From positions 1,054,001 through 1,118,000 of the forward strand of contig MU054212.1 in the NCBI GenBank assembly GCA_013239625.1: a stretch of 64,000 nt of DNA, given 5' to 3'. Source of the DNA: Lama guanicoe (Eukaryota). The notes under the pieces were generated by a model. That model ran no database searches. It was not told the origin of the DNA and saw only the letters and a list, made by a program, of their open reading frames with translations. Position 1 is the first letter of the stretch. The number at the start of each line of letters is the position of its first letter. Both the position numbers and the translations under genes were made by a program. This document shows positions 1 through 13,650 of the stretch, in pieces.

Positions 1-574
1 GTTTCCAGTTTCTTAACTTGCCAGTGTAACTTCATTCCTGGGCATAGAAATCCTAGCATAATGTCTTTTCATCAAGATATGTCACTAGGAAAAAAAAAAA
101 AGTCACTAGGGCCCCACCTGATTCCAGAACAATGAAGGGCTATCCAAGATCATATCAAACTCCCAGGGACCTGGAGATGGTGTCCTGGCTGTGTTCATCC
201 TCTCTTTTGAGGGCTAACGACCTCACTCAACCAGAAGCCCTGACGCTTGAACCACAGTTGTGATTCCGTGGCAGCACTCAGATGGAAAAATGTTACCTGT
301 ACCTACAGAAACTCACCTCTCCCCTCCCCGGCCTGCCTTGTGCAAAATAATTAATGCATTTGAAGAAACCCAATCCTGGGAGAAATGAGGGGTCCCAGCC
401 AGAAGTGAATTCATGAGAAAGAGGTCTAACAAGTGTTTAGTTTTGCCTTGATCTCAGATATTGCTCAAATGTCCCAGGTTCTCCAGTTCAAACAGCACAG
501 TGTTGCTTTTTCAGTAGGTAATGGGCTTTGCTAACCAAAAGTCACAGACCTATCTCCCGGAAGACAATAAAATC

Positions 575-710
575 TTAGAAGACTCACGAGTAAGGATGAG
601 CCCCTGCCCTGGAGATTCTGATTTCCTAGATAGAGGCAGGGCCCAGAAATTTGTATTTTTAATAAACACACCAGGTGATTCTCATAATCAGGCAAATGTC
701 GGAAATACAG
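575..710. mobile_element. MER5-like hAT-Charlie DNA transposon fragment
   Basis: Motifs ggagattctgattt...gggcccagaaatttgtattttt...ccaggtgattct typical of MER5A/B. Confidence 0.65.
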
Positions 711-2327
711 TATTATAGAACAAATACTTGCATTACAGAGGACGTCACATTTCATTCCATTTTAGGTAGGTTTGCCTAGAAAATGATCTATTGCTAACAT
801 CCAAACCAGATAGCTCTCAGACAGAGACTCTGCGTTAAGTAAGGGTGGAGGGTGGCCTTACAGGAAAATGCTGAGCAGGGTGGATCTCCTGATCCTCTAC
901 ACCTGGGGCACACAGATCAGCGTTGCACAGGACGCATCAGGGTGCCCACGGGGGGAGATTTTTTTTTTCCCTGCTTGTGTTTCAACTGGGAGATAACTCT
1001 AATCATCAGAAGGGAATGGGGAGCACCTGGACTAAATCACATGTAATTCAGGAATTAGAAATATGGAAAAGAACATTATAGGCACAGAGAAGAGAGGGAG
1101 CATGACTGTGGGGAATTGATGAGAATCTGGGTAGCATGGGCAGATAGCGGACAGCCAGGGGGGAACCCCCGCAGCCCCAGAGGAGGCTGGGTGAGAGTTG
1201 AGAATGGCAGTCTTTGACCTCATCTCTTTCAGAACTACATCTGACTGTAGGTGCATTAGCCCCACCTTTCCAAAGCTCAGGCTCGGCAAGCTTAAGTGAT
1301 TTGCCAGAGTCCTGGATTGTGAAATTGGGACAAAAATGAAAAGACCAAGTTGGAGGGTCCAGGAAGGGAGTAGTAGTAGCGCATCCCTCTGCATCTGAAC
1401 CTGACCTTCTGCTGACCTCGGACCAGGAGGAGCTGGGCTGCAGAGAAAGAGGACAGCAGCCGGGGACAGCGGAGAGGGGAGTATTTCAAGCCCTAATTAC
1501 CCACTGCGGATGTCCTGTCAGTTGCTCCACAAATCCAAGCGCTAACATCCCTTTGCTCTGAAGACACTGCAGAACAATTACAAAGCCCTCAGTTCCAAGG
1601 AGAAGGAAATTAAAGCTAATTACTACCCAGGGCAGCCATTTCCTGGCCTCAGACCCTATATTTTCTTCTTTGAATATTTTCATTTACACACTCACAAAAT
1701 GGAGATAAATCTAAAGTAAAAGCATACCCTGGTTACAAAAGCCAGAAAGTGTGAGGCATCCTTAGCTTCATCTGCCCTGCTTCCTTTCATCAAATTATTT
1801 TATGTAAATTGCTTCCTCCCTGTGCCTCAGGTGTAATAAATGCTTGTTGAAGGAAAGAAAGACATTGCACAAATAGGAGATGAACTAAAATGCAGAGATT
1901 TCCAAACCTCACTCTCCCTAGCGTCATGTATTTTATTACTAAAGGTTAATGGGAAGTTGATCCATCAATCAATCAATGGAAGAATTTCAGAAACAACTCG
2001 GCTACTCATCTACTTGGTGAAAATTAAAGGAAACTCACTCTCCTGGGTCCAAAGTTCCTCCATGGTAAACAGATTCAGCTCAACCTATGGATTCATAAAA
2101 GTGACACTATCACTGTATGCGAAGCATCTCTTCAAGTATTTAAAGTAATTTTTTTTTTAAAGAAATGTCTGGGTACAGATGGGAGCTGCTTTCCAACTAG
2201 GAAAATCAAGTGTTAAAGGAACATACCGCCCTTCCTCATTCAGTGCCATGAAACACCCCTCAAACATCTGTAACCAGAGCCAAACTCTGTTCCCAGAGCT
2301 CATGACAGGACCACTAACAGACGTATG

Positions 2328-2492
2328 TGCCATTTATTAAGTACCTGGCAGGTGCCAGACACTGTGCTACCCTCTTGCCCACACAATCCCATTCAATCAC
2401 AACAGTTACCGTAGGGTCAGGTGTTATTACTCCATTTAGCAGAGGAGTAAACTGAGACTCAGAGGTTACAAGTGCCAAGGTTACATGTCCAG
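2328..2492 (-). mobile_element. MIR SINE
   Basis: Reverse MIR core: catttattaagtacc...gtgccagacactgtgcta...aaactgagactcagaggtt. Confidence 0.75.
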
Positions 2493-2516
2493 TCCTTATA
2501 GAACGATGACTCACAT

Positions 2517-3022
2517 TGCATTCACCGTGGGTCTGTGATGCTGTGACACAGGGCAGGTGGGAGTCTGCCGACCCTGGAGGGGCTGCCCCTCCAGGGGTTA
2601 GCTAATCCCCAGAGAGAGTGGAAGACTCCCCTGTGAGCACGTGGCTTTCGTAGGCTAACCCACCCCTTCCACTTCCTCTGTGGTTCTCACTCTCAGGGAC
2701 TTTATCCCCCTGCTGTAATCAGTGGGGCCAGGTACCAGACAACCAGGGACAGCCCCCGTGCCCCAGAGTCCACTGAAATTCCAACTAGCCAGCCCTAACC
2801 CTGCTTACCCTGCCTCACCCATTCTTCCGCAGAAACGGCAGTGAAGCCCAGTGTGCCCCTCTCCTTCTGCCTCCTGACGGACCCCGAATCTTCCTTGTGC
2901 GGCTCACCAGTGTCGTGATGTATCCTCTCCTATTGGGATCCATGAGTAGAACAGTTTTCAGTGGCGGTTTTCTTCTGATCTGCTGGTCTCACATGCATAA
3001 TAAGACTTACATTTTAATACAC
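2517..3022 (+). mobile_element. ERVL-class solo LTR (MER74-like)
   Basis: gggttagctaatccccagagag...gggccaggtaccagacaaccagggacagcccc...ctgatctgctggtctcac...acattttaataca resembles the MER74A consensus as recalled. Confidence 0.65.
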
Positions 3023-4139
3023 ACGTCCAGGGTCACCCTTGCATTAACTTGACTCAGGAAAGCAGAACAGCAAGAGAAACATCGTATCTCATGCGTTAGC
3101 AGTACTGCTGTACTCAAAGGCAGAGGACAGCCTCCGAGAGTATATTCCAAGAACACGAAGAGTGACTGCTCATCTCACTAACCCTCTGGAGCCCCAGACA
3201 GCAGCCATCTATTTCCTGCTTCGTTTTGATGGCATCGTGGTGACAGGCGTGGAGGGTATCAGAATATCTGGGGGACTCTGATTTGCACATTCATCCAAAG
3301 GGGTTAGAAAAGACTTTGAATGCTGCATGGAAACCAAGTCATCTGTCCCCTCTGGTGGGTGGGCATTCTTAACTTCCTCCAGAAAATGTTCCATTCTAGA
3401 TGGAAACTTTTAAATGAAGGGTAAAGTTAGCTACCTAGAGACAGCTGGCCAAATTAGCATACTTATAACAGGTAATTAAGCCAAGACTTCAGTTGAAAAT
3501 AGTAATTAATCACCAAAATAACTTTATTCAGCCTGCTCCCATCCTCCCCCCAGCCCCCACCGCTGTTCTGGGCTGACACACACAGGATTGTGCATTTCTG
3601 CAGGCCTCTGATCTCTTTCATCCTCCCTTGCTTGGAATGACTTCTGTACGCAAGTAGGAAAATACCACGTAATGCTCTAAAATCCAAGCACAAAATCACC
3701 ACCCAAGACCCACATCTTCTTTCAAAGGCATGCTTTTCAAAGGAGTCTTAGTAACCCAAGAAAGAGCCGACTTTCAGCAATATGAGTCACACAGTTAGCA
3801 GGGCCTGGCTGTCCATGGTTGACCCTGGGTGGTCACTGTTGGTGCGAGCTTCCATCATTTGTACCTAAGTAATGATGAAGTGTCTTTTGGGAGCTATGGA
3901 GTGGCGGTTTCTACAATAAGACACAGTTAAACCAAATTTTGCATATTTGGGACTTCCGAAGGCGTATCGAGTGCAGCAGGCCAGAGAAATTGGTGGGCAT
4001 CAGTCTTTGTGGTACCAAACTACTACTATCTGTGAATGAGGGTGGTGTGGCTTCTGTAAGCATTGGGGTGTCCCGAGGCCCCACCTGAGCTCTGTTCTCT
4101 GTGCAGATGCTTCTATGGTGAACCACACACTTATGTACA

Positions 4140-4277
4140 TGCAGCTGCCTACTTTGTAGCTCCGCTTGGATACCAACGAGACACCTTAAGCCGAATATGC
4201 CTCAATCTAAACTGCTGAGTCACCCAAAGCTGTACACTTCCCGAATGTCCCAATTTCAGTAATAGTATCACCATCAC
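4140..4277 (+). mobile_element. L2 LINE fragment
   Basis: gctgcctactt...ctccgcttggat...ttcagtaatagtatcaccatc is L2-like. Confidence 0.45.
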
Positions 4278-4730
4278 TGGCCCCAAGGATGTCCGCATCC
4301 CAACCCCAGAACCTGTGAATGCTACCTCTCCTGGCAGAAGGGACTTTGCAGACAGGATTAAATGGAGACATTGGGTTGGGGATTATTCAAGTGGACCCAC
4401 TTTCATCGCATGGGTCCTTATAAGCAGAGAATTTCTCCCAACTGTGGTTGGAAAGAGACTGATGACAGAAAAAGGGTCAGGGATATGTGATGTTGCCAGC
4501 TTTGGAGATGGAGGAAAGGGCCAAAAGCCAAGGAAAGCAGGCAGCCTCTGGGAAGAAAAGGGGGGGAAATGGATGGTCCCCGGAGCCTCCTAAAGGGAAC
4601 ACAGCCTTGCTGAGACCTTGATTTGAGCAGAGTCCTGAGTTAGACTTCCGCTCTTCAGAACTGTAAGTTACATTGTATTATGTTGTGTTGTGTTCTACCA
4701 CTGCATCTGTGGTCACTTAGAGTTAACCAC
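4278..4730 (+). mobile_element. MaLR LTR (MLT1D-like)
   Basis: ggccccaaggatgtcc...ccagaacctgtgaat...ggcagaagggactttgcaga...ggagcctcc...ttcagaactgtaag are MLT1 hallmarks. Confidence 0.8.
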
Positions 4731-6769
4731 AAGCTACAACTGAAAACAAAAACACTCCATCCCCTTAATAACACGCATTACACAGGTTTTTCCTTCTTCT
4801 CTGTCTCTCCTTACTCCTTAAGTCCTACTTCCCAGGATAAAAATTACCTATCGCCGAGCCCTTGTCTCAGGTGTTGTTTAAATAGGGCACCCAGACTAGG
4901 ATACTGTGTACACTTTTTACTGACTTTTGTAATTCTGATATTCCTCACCCCATAGCACCCCTATTCCTAGTGTTCAATGACTCTGGAACTGATTCAGGGG
5001 GCAGCTATGATTCTTGAAACTCTAGGCTTCAAGGCAAAATTATAAACCTATACCTTTCTGAAGTAAATAATTAACATGCTCTTGGCTTCTGGTAATTTAA
5101 GAATTATGTGATCATTCTAAATTACATGTATTATCGATTGATAATTTCTAAATGTTGTCACCATGATTTATGCTGTTTGGAGGGAATTCAATACCTTAAA
5201 AAAAATCATTAAGATGAAGTGGAGCCCAGCTATTTTAATGAGCTAAGATCTTTTGGACAATGTGCTGGTCTATATTGCCTAGTGATGGAATTGATACTGT
5301 TAGGGAAATAATATTACCTAGATCATCACCTGTAATAAATATCACCTGTATTAGAAAGACCACTATCATCCCAAAGTGGTCCACACTGGGGTTTCGCAGG
5401 TTCCATTAAGAATATGTGTGTGCGACATACAATCATTCAGGGATGCGCCTGCCTTCTATTTTCACAACTTTGAGGATATTAGTGTGTCTTTGAAGGTATT
5501 CTAACACATGAGGGAGTTACGTAGCAATTCACAAGGAGCATGAATTTGGAGAGACTGGCAGATCTGGTGGTGGAGGTGGTACAAGAGCTTGACTGCATAT
5601 CTTAGCCCTTACTCACTTTATATTTTTCTAGCAACTACTTGTTACCCTGCTAAAGTCTGAAAAAGTGCAGGTCATTTTCTTCAGAAGGATTTATAACAAA
5701 AGATATCGGAAGCCGTTCATGTCAGAAAACCTAATTCTGACTCAGAAATCCTCTTGTGTGCTGTTAGGAGAGAGATTTCTATAAATAGCTGGCTGGGCTC
5801 CGCTCTAATGCTTCTGTGATGCGGGACCTTTGCAGCTGATTCCCTGAGTGGCGGCGGGGGCAGCTGTCTGCAGGGCTCATTCCGGCTGACAGCGGCTGGG
5901 CCAGAGGGATGGAAGAGGCTCCTGGGGGGAGCCCCTGCCCTGGTGAAGCTGCCTCACTGCAGTGACTTCTCATGACTTGACACAGTGTATCTTTGCAAAG
6001 TGTGGGCTCTCAAAGCAAAAGGTTGTTTAAAGGAGATTTTAGGTCTGCATGGAATTAGATGACAAATAAGTAAGCATATAAATCCCCCATCCCTGCACCC
6101 ACTTCCATGCTCATCAGGCATCTAGCTTCCCTGTCTCACTGTCAGCTTCAGCAAACTGAAAGGCTAAAGCTGGCAGTCGAGTCAAGAGCAGGAAGAGAAG
6201 CAGGGAAATGCTGAGCCTGTAAGGTGCTCTGCTCTGCTCTGCTCCAGAACACCGCGCAGGCCGGTGATGAGACAGTGCCGTGAATGAGGCTGGGATTTAT
6301 ATAAGTTCATGTGCCTAAGGGAAAGTCAGGGAAAGAGATGTGGACGGAGGGAGGCAGAAGGGAAGGGAGGGAGGCTCTGCTCCAGAAACTGCAATAAAAT
6401 TTTAAGATGTATGTAGTTTGTTTCTGTTGCCTATCCAGAGTCCATCTCTCTGTGTTGGGTTTTAGAACCCTCCTGGGGCCCATAGCTGTGGCAGCCTTAT
6501 TTGAGTCGGGTTGGGTACCACTTCCAGCCTTTCCTCCTTATCCAGATCAGCCTGTCCTGCATCCCAGGATCTGTTCTCTGGGCCCTGATGTCTGCCTCCT
6601 GACAGTGGAGTAGTGATGGGCAGATAAGGATGTAGTGGCAACCAGCCAAGACGGTATGACTCTCAGAGAAGACAGTTCCTCTCTTCAGGCAAAGCTACAC
6701 AAAACGTGTGGTACTCTAACATGGCTCCCCGCGGGTAGCACTGGGGAGCGCCCACACAGCACGGCTCCA

Positions 6770-7075
6770 CCTCCAGCCCGTCCTCACTGTTCCCTCGCCC
6801 CTCACATCTTCGCGATGGCTCTGTTCCCTTACCGCATGCAGGGCTCTGCTTCAGTGTCCCTCCTCAGAAGGGACCTTCCTGTCTCCACCCAAAATTGCAT
6901 CCCACTCAGCTGTACTCCCTTCCCCTTGTAAGGGTATTATTTATTGTACTATTTGTTAACATGCTTTATTTTCCTTCTTTATACTTAATACCTTCCTAAC
7001 TTTATATCAAATAGCCATGTGCTAATAAAGGTCTGTCTGTATCCCCTCTAGGATATAAAAAATATAAACTCCATG
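6770..7075 (+). mobile_element. L2 LINE 3' region fragment
   Basis: ctgttccct...ggctctgcttcagtgtccctcctcagaagggaccttcct... Confidence 0.5.
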
Positions 7076-7859
7076 TAACAACCCACCGGTTCTCACTGGT
7101 TGAGAGAGAAAGTGTCTTTCCCATCCCCTCTCAGAAGAGAACAATCACGCACATTATTCAGGCAGGTGACTCCCCATGTTGGTGTCCCTCTCATCAGGAA
7201 GCAACAATTTCTTCAGCAGCCTACGTCCCCAAGCCATGGACATGTGGCGCTACACGCAAATGGTTTCTTGAGTGGCTTTTACCTTTTTACAGTTAGAACT
7301 CTGAAAAAAAAATCTCAGATTTCAAAGGGTATCCTCAGAACACGGTATTAAAAAGTGCTTCTTAACAAACATATACAGATTTAAAAGAGTGGGTTTCTCC
7401 ATCAGGGACTGAGAATTTGACCAAGAATAAAGAGCAAGAGACATAGTCACTCTGGGAATCCAGGCATTCCCTGGCCAGGCGAGCCCGGGTAGAGCCACAC
7501 AGCTTCGGGTCCCTGGAGGACCAGCTGGAGGAGTTAGAAATGGGAAATTGAGAAGCAAAAGAAATCTCTTGCAGAAGTTTCTGCCTCCCCTCCTCCATCC
7601 AGTGGGACCCATCTCCCTGGCCCCAGCCACCAAAGCCAATGATGTCTGCTCACCTGTTCTCTTCACACTCTGCTCTTCAGGAAAGAATGTATCCAAACAG
7701 TTGTAAAATTTCTGATCCAACTTGAAACATTAAGTCTCCCAGGAGTTGTGTTTTAAACTGGAAATGAAAAATCCATCCTTAGCAATGGAACTCAAATGTC
7801 TCATTCTTTAGGGAGCTCTCCATATGCCTGTGCAACTGTGGCTATGATAACTGCTCCTA

Positions 7860-8040
7860 CTTAGGGCTCCCGTAATGCTCCGTACACGCCTCCCTCTTGC
7901 ATGTGCCCCGTCTTACAGTAGATTGTGTGTCTGTAAGTTCCAAGGGGCAGGGGACACGACAAGCTTCTAGAGATTTAATTCTCGACATAGAGCAAGTGCT
8001 TAATAAACAGTGAAGGGAGGAGGGAACAAATGAGTGGATG
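7860..8040 (+). mobile_element. L2 3' end
   Basis: tgtaagttccaaggggcaggg...catagagcaagtgcttaataaac...aatgagtggatg tail. Confidence 0.6.
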
Positions 8041-8109
8041 GCTGCATCTGTTTCCCCTGCTGGACCAGGGCACCTGAGGGGCAAAAGGGGTATCTTATTT
8101 AGCTTTCAG

Positions 8110-8335
8110 TTTGAAAGGCAGCATTGCCTACTTGAGGTAGAACTCTGCAGCCAGACTGCCCGGGTAAAATCCAAATTCTACCACTTAGTAGCTAACTATG
8201 CCTCATTTTCCTCCTATGAAAAATGGAGACAATGATGGTACATACCTCACAGGGCATAGCAATGATTAAAAGGGTTAATGTATGTAATATACTTAGACAC
8301 AGTACCCTGTGAGTATTGGCTCCTGTTATTCTTGT
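8110..8335 (+). mobile_element. MIR SINE
   Basis: gccagactgcccgggtaaaatcc...tgcctcattttcctcctatgaaaaatggagacaat...acctcacagggc...cttagacacagtacc. Confidence 0.75.
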
Positions 8336-9224
8336 CACTTGAATCGTTAGTTCCTGCCCAGCGGACGTTCAGTAAAGAGCACACTGAGCATCGATCATGA
8401 GTGGCCACGAGGTACAAAGCTATAGATGCTCCTTTCCCCTGCAGTCGCACCAGGATGCCCACTCATTTCATGGGTGCAGAGAGCAGGGCCCGGGCATGGA
8501 GGGAGAGATGAGGGGGAGAATGCCGAAGACAAACCCCTCCCCCAACCACTAACTTCACTTCCGGGTAGCCTCCTCTGCCCAGCCGTGAGCGCTTTGTTAT
8601 TTACATCATTTTCTGAAACTGTACAAATATCAGTGGAATTTTTACCAAATTCCTTTAGTCGGCTACCTCAAGTTTCTGATTCCCTTTAACCAAGAAGACT
8701 CCATCTTTATATAGACACAGTGGATGGTTGGACACATTTATGTTTACAACCTTTTTATTTGTCCAGTCTTGATCTTAATCTGTAAGAAGGGAACATGCTC
8801 AAAGCAAGCATTTGGCTACCCTCAAGTGAATTACTACTTGACCATTAATACCGTTCAAGAGACTCATCCAATCTAGGCAAAAATATCCTGGAGATAAAGT
8901 GATCTGTGAGCAACTTGCTTTCCATTCTGTTTTTGTAAAGCAAATACTGAGTTTCAGGCGATTGTGGAAACTTAGTAGAAAGAGTCTAAATGGTTTACAA
9001 CAAAACATTTCAAGGCAAATGAAAAGGTAAAGGTAAATAAAATATAAAACATTAACAAAAGCGATCTCTCAACTTTTCTTGTTGCGTCACCCGAACTAGA
9101 TCTGAGATCAAGAGAAGCCCCGATTACTTTATGCCTGTTTGTTGCAATCAGATAATTACAGGCAGATATGAAGGTGCTGTACACACAAACACACGTTGAA
9201 TCCTGCTTTGTTGTTTGCTTTCAG

Positions 9225-9392
9225 GCTTTTCATTTAGCCTACCATATATTAATAATATTTATTCATAATCTGTGCATCCTCCCCCCCCACACTGGGATGT
9301 AAGCTCCTTACAGGCATGATTTATTTTTTTGCTTTGTGCGCTTATTAGAGTCTGGAACACTGGAGGCACTCAAAAACTTGCAGCATGAATAA
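9225..9392 (+). mobile_element. L2 3' end
   Basis: actgggatgtaagctcctt...tctggaacactggaggcactcaaaaac...tgaat. Confidence 0.5.
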
Positions 9393-9894
9393 AGAGACCT
9401 CAAGTCACTTGAAAAAAATTGCATTCTCCAGGTGAAATTCAAGCACCTAATAAAATTCTGGAGGTTTGTAAAACCCTTCATCCTCTAAAACTTAGACTGG
9501 CATTTTCTACAGCAGAACCAGGGCCAGAAGGGAAAATTCTGGGGGAGAAGCTATTCTAACGAGATAGCTAGTGAGAGAGATCTGAGGACCAAGTGCTCAG
9601 TGAGAGTCAAGGGTGACCTTTGCTTTACCAGAAAGAAAAGGAAACAGGAAAAAAAGGAGAAACGTCTTTGAGAATTTATCTTTTGCCAGAAGATGTTCTA
9701 GGAAGAAAACAGATCGCCGACTGTTTTCAGGCACAGATTCTTTGGTTTCCTCTCTCGGTGTTATGTGGCAAATTCTTTCAAAAGGAATGGTCTGCAGCCA
9801 ATGGATATGCTACTAACTACCGTAAAAAGCAGTTCGGTTACTGGCTATGTGCTCAGTGTGCGAGTGTCAATGACTTTCCCTTGGACCAGAGCAA

Positions 9895-10070
9895 TGAGTG
9901 TGGCCTTGGGCGTGTTACTTAACTGCTTTGTGTCTCAGTTTCCTCATCTATAAAAAGGAGATAAAAATAATACACTTCATAGAGCTGTTTTGCTCATTCA
10001 ATGAGAATACACATAAAGCAGTGACTGACAAATTATGATAGCTCAATGAACATTAGCTTTTACCATAATC
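9895..10070 (+). mobile_element. MIR SINE
   Basis: tggccttggg...ttacttaac...tgtctcagtttcctcatctataaaaaggagataa core. Confidence 0.8.
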
Positions 10071-10199
10071 ATCGATAGGTTTGCCTAGGTTTGCCACTGG
10101 CAGCTGCTAGAAGGAGAGGAGGAAACTTTTTCTTTCTAGTGATGCATGTGTTCACTATCTGGATTTGTGGTGAATTTGAATTTCTTCCAAATACACAGG

Positions 10200-10305
10200 T
10201 TTCACTGGTTTATATATGCGTCAAAACTTATCAAACAGTACATATTTAATAGGTGCATATTTAATAGTACATACTTAATATGTCAGTTAAACCTCAATCA
10301 AGCTT
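10200..10305 (+). mobile_element. Old L1 (L1M) 3' end fragment
   Basis: tatatatgcgtcaaaacttatcaaacagtaca...tatgtcagttaaacctcaat. Confidence 0.5.
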
Positions 10306-11392
10306 TATTTTTTAAAGTTTAAGCTAAAAATTATTCACGAATAATGCTTCTAGCCTTTAACCCTTGACCTGGGTCAGGATGCCTCTACATGATTCTTTGC
10401 AGAGGAGACCATGTCTCTCTGTCCTCTTGGTGTTAAGCCAAATGGTGAGCGAACACTTTAATCATAACAACAGCTGTAGTTCTAGCGCCTGGCCTGTGGG
10501 ATGTGCTTAACACATGTGTAACTATAAAACTTGATGCTTAATAGTTATTTGGATTTAAATTCATTAACCAAAGAAGTACAAAAATGTGATTTTCCAGGAA
10601 GTCTTATTTAAGAGGTGATACCTGTAGAAAATCACAAAGGCAAGAGTATGTATTTCTTCCAAATACACTGAAGAAAACGGAAGAACCACTTAGCAAGGCC
10701 TCCTCTACAAAAGGTCCTGGAACAGTGACCAGCCAGTGACTCAGAATCTGACTTCATCCTGGGAACCATCTACCTCAAAGTGCGGAGCAGGGTGAAAGCA
10801 AAATGGCTGAGAAAACACTTGCCTCTGGTAAAGAGCTGCAGGGAAAGTGGGCACTAGAAAGAAGCAGTTTAACCCATGCAAACACAACTGCACTAAAAAC
10901 AGAGATTAAAGAGAGTGGCTGTAATTCACACCAAACATTTGGTAGCAGGAATTTACACTTTTACTGCTGAGTTCAATTCACAAAAACCACAATAATATTT
11001 ATTTAACATCTGTTATGTGCCAACAGTTTGGTGGTTATCGTTAAGATTGGTATGCATTAGAATAAATTACAGGAGGCAATGAAATCTTCTTAAGTCTTTG
11101 TTTTTGGATACAGAATATGTCTAATCAGAATGAGTTAAGTGCAGAACTTTCAAGAGAGAAGAAAATGGATAGTTACCAGCTAAGCTGCTTCCTTGTCTAC
11201 GACTTTATATGCAAGCTTTTGTGGCCATCGTGCCTTATGTAAGACATTAATAGCCACTGTGTCATTTCCCCCAGTCGTTCAGCATGAACCAGGTAGGGGT
11301 TACACTGAGTGTCCAGTAAACTTCGTTGAATAAGGTCACAATGAATGGGGAAAATGTATTTGGAAATTCTTTCCTACAAATGAAATCCTATG

Positions 11393-11540
11393 GTCATCCA
11401 TTCATTAAATAAGTAGTTCCTACATTGTCCTGGGTGTGTGCAATGGTAAACAAAAAGAGACGGTCTTTAGCCTTGTGAAGCCAGTGGGGAGAAGGTAGAT
11501 CCAAAAATAAATACATAATTACGCATTGTGATAAGAAAAG
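11393..11540 (-). mobile_element. L2 3' end
   Basis: tcatccattcattaaataagt...aacaaaaagagacggtc...ccagtgggggag, reverse L2 tail. Confidence 0.55.
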
Positions 11541-12689
11541 GAGACATGTGTGTACCAGGTGGCAGAGAACGCTCACTTTAAGTTCTCTCCAGAAACAAGA
11601 AAGGCATTGCCCCACTGCCCCCTGATTGTAGCTGCTTCTCTGTGTTTTCGAATTAGGAGTAATTATGTGCAGTTGACATTTCTGTGCTTGGGGTGCAGCA
11701 ACCTGTTTAACGAGCATGGCCTGCTCCTCCCAGGGCTAATTTGAGTAACTGGCAGGCAGGCAGAGATGGAGTCGGCAGCCAACCACTCCAGGCAGAAAGG
11801 CGGTGCTCCCTGGCACGCAGCGCAGAAGAGGCGCATCGGCCGCCCTAATCCCAGCTACATAGGCAGGCGAGCCGCGGTGACGTGAGCAGGCTCTGGGCAA
11901 AGTGGGGGAGTGGAAGGGAGAGTTTGGCAAGACCGTGGCAGGTATCTGAATTTATCTTCAGGTTCTTTCCCCGTCCTTCCTGAATACCTGGTTCCCTGAA
12001 GAGCTGCATTCACTGTGTGACTGGGAGGAGCACTCCTGCGAATAGCTCCGGAAGGCTGAGTCCTAAGACTCTCCTGTCTTGCACCTAAAAAGATCCCAAG
12101 GTTCTTTCGTGGTAAGGGGCTTACTGGGAAAGCATGACTGTGAAGAAAAACCCAACTGCTGTGTCGTTTTATGTTTTTATCATGCACCTCATTGCACTGG
12201 TTAAGTTGTCTTTGATGTTAAAATACTGCTGCAGATTGAGGACCCAATAAAAGGCCTTTCAATATGAAATAGGCAAGCAGTGTAATGGAAAGAAACGCTT
12301 CCCGAATGGATGTCACGAACTGTGACAAGACTTTCTCAGTACCATTCCTAAAAGTCACTGCTAATATTTGAACAAAAACCAGACATTAAAGAATTCCATG
12401 GTAGGCCCATAGAGAGTTAGGTTAAGCAGGCTGTCACATCAGCTTAGCAGAAAATGCCTACGATCATATAATATCTACTGCGTATATTAGGTGTATAATG
12501 TACCTATCAAATGCCCACTGCATTTGTAATGATTCTAATTATTATGAAATAGGGACCCTCTTGTTGATATCAAATAATTTGGTAGCCCCCCGACTTACAG
12601 TTCTTGTACCTTTACTTGGTTGAGAATATATACAAATGACCCCAAAGGGCACTGTGAATGTCAGTTAAAGCTTATATAAAGGCCAAATG

Positions 12690-13650
<961 letters not shown>

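Noticed and set aside
4213..4223. Perfect ARE/MARE motif TGCTGAGTCAC, plus scattered AP-1 sites elsewhere
   Set aside because: Isolated short motifs near chance frequency, this one inside an L2 remnant; no supporting cluster.
10240..10280. Three short direct repeats (catatttaatag) that superficially resemble an array
   Set aside because: Local slippage duplication inside an L1 3' end, with no spacers.
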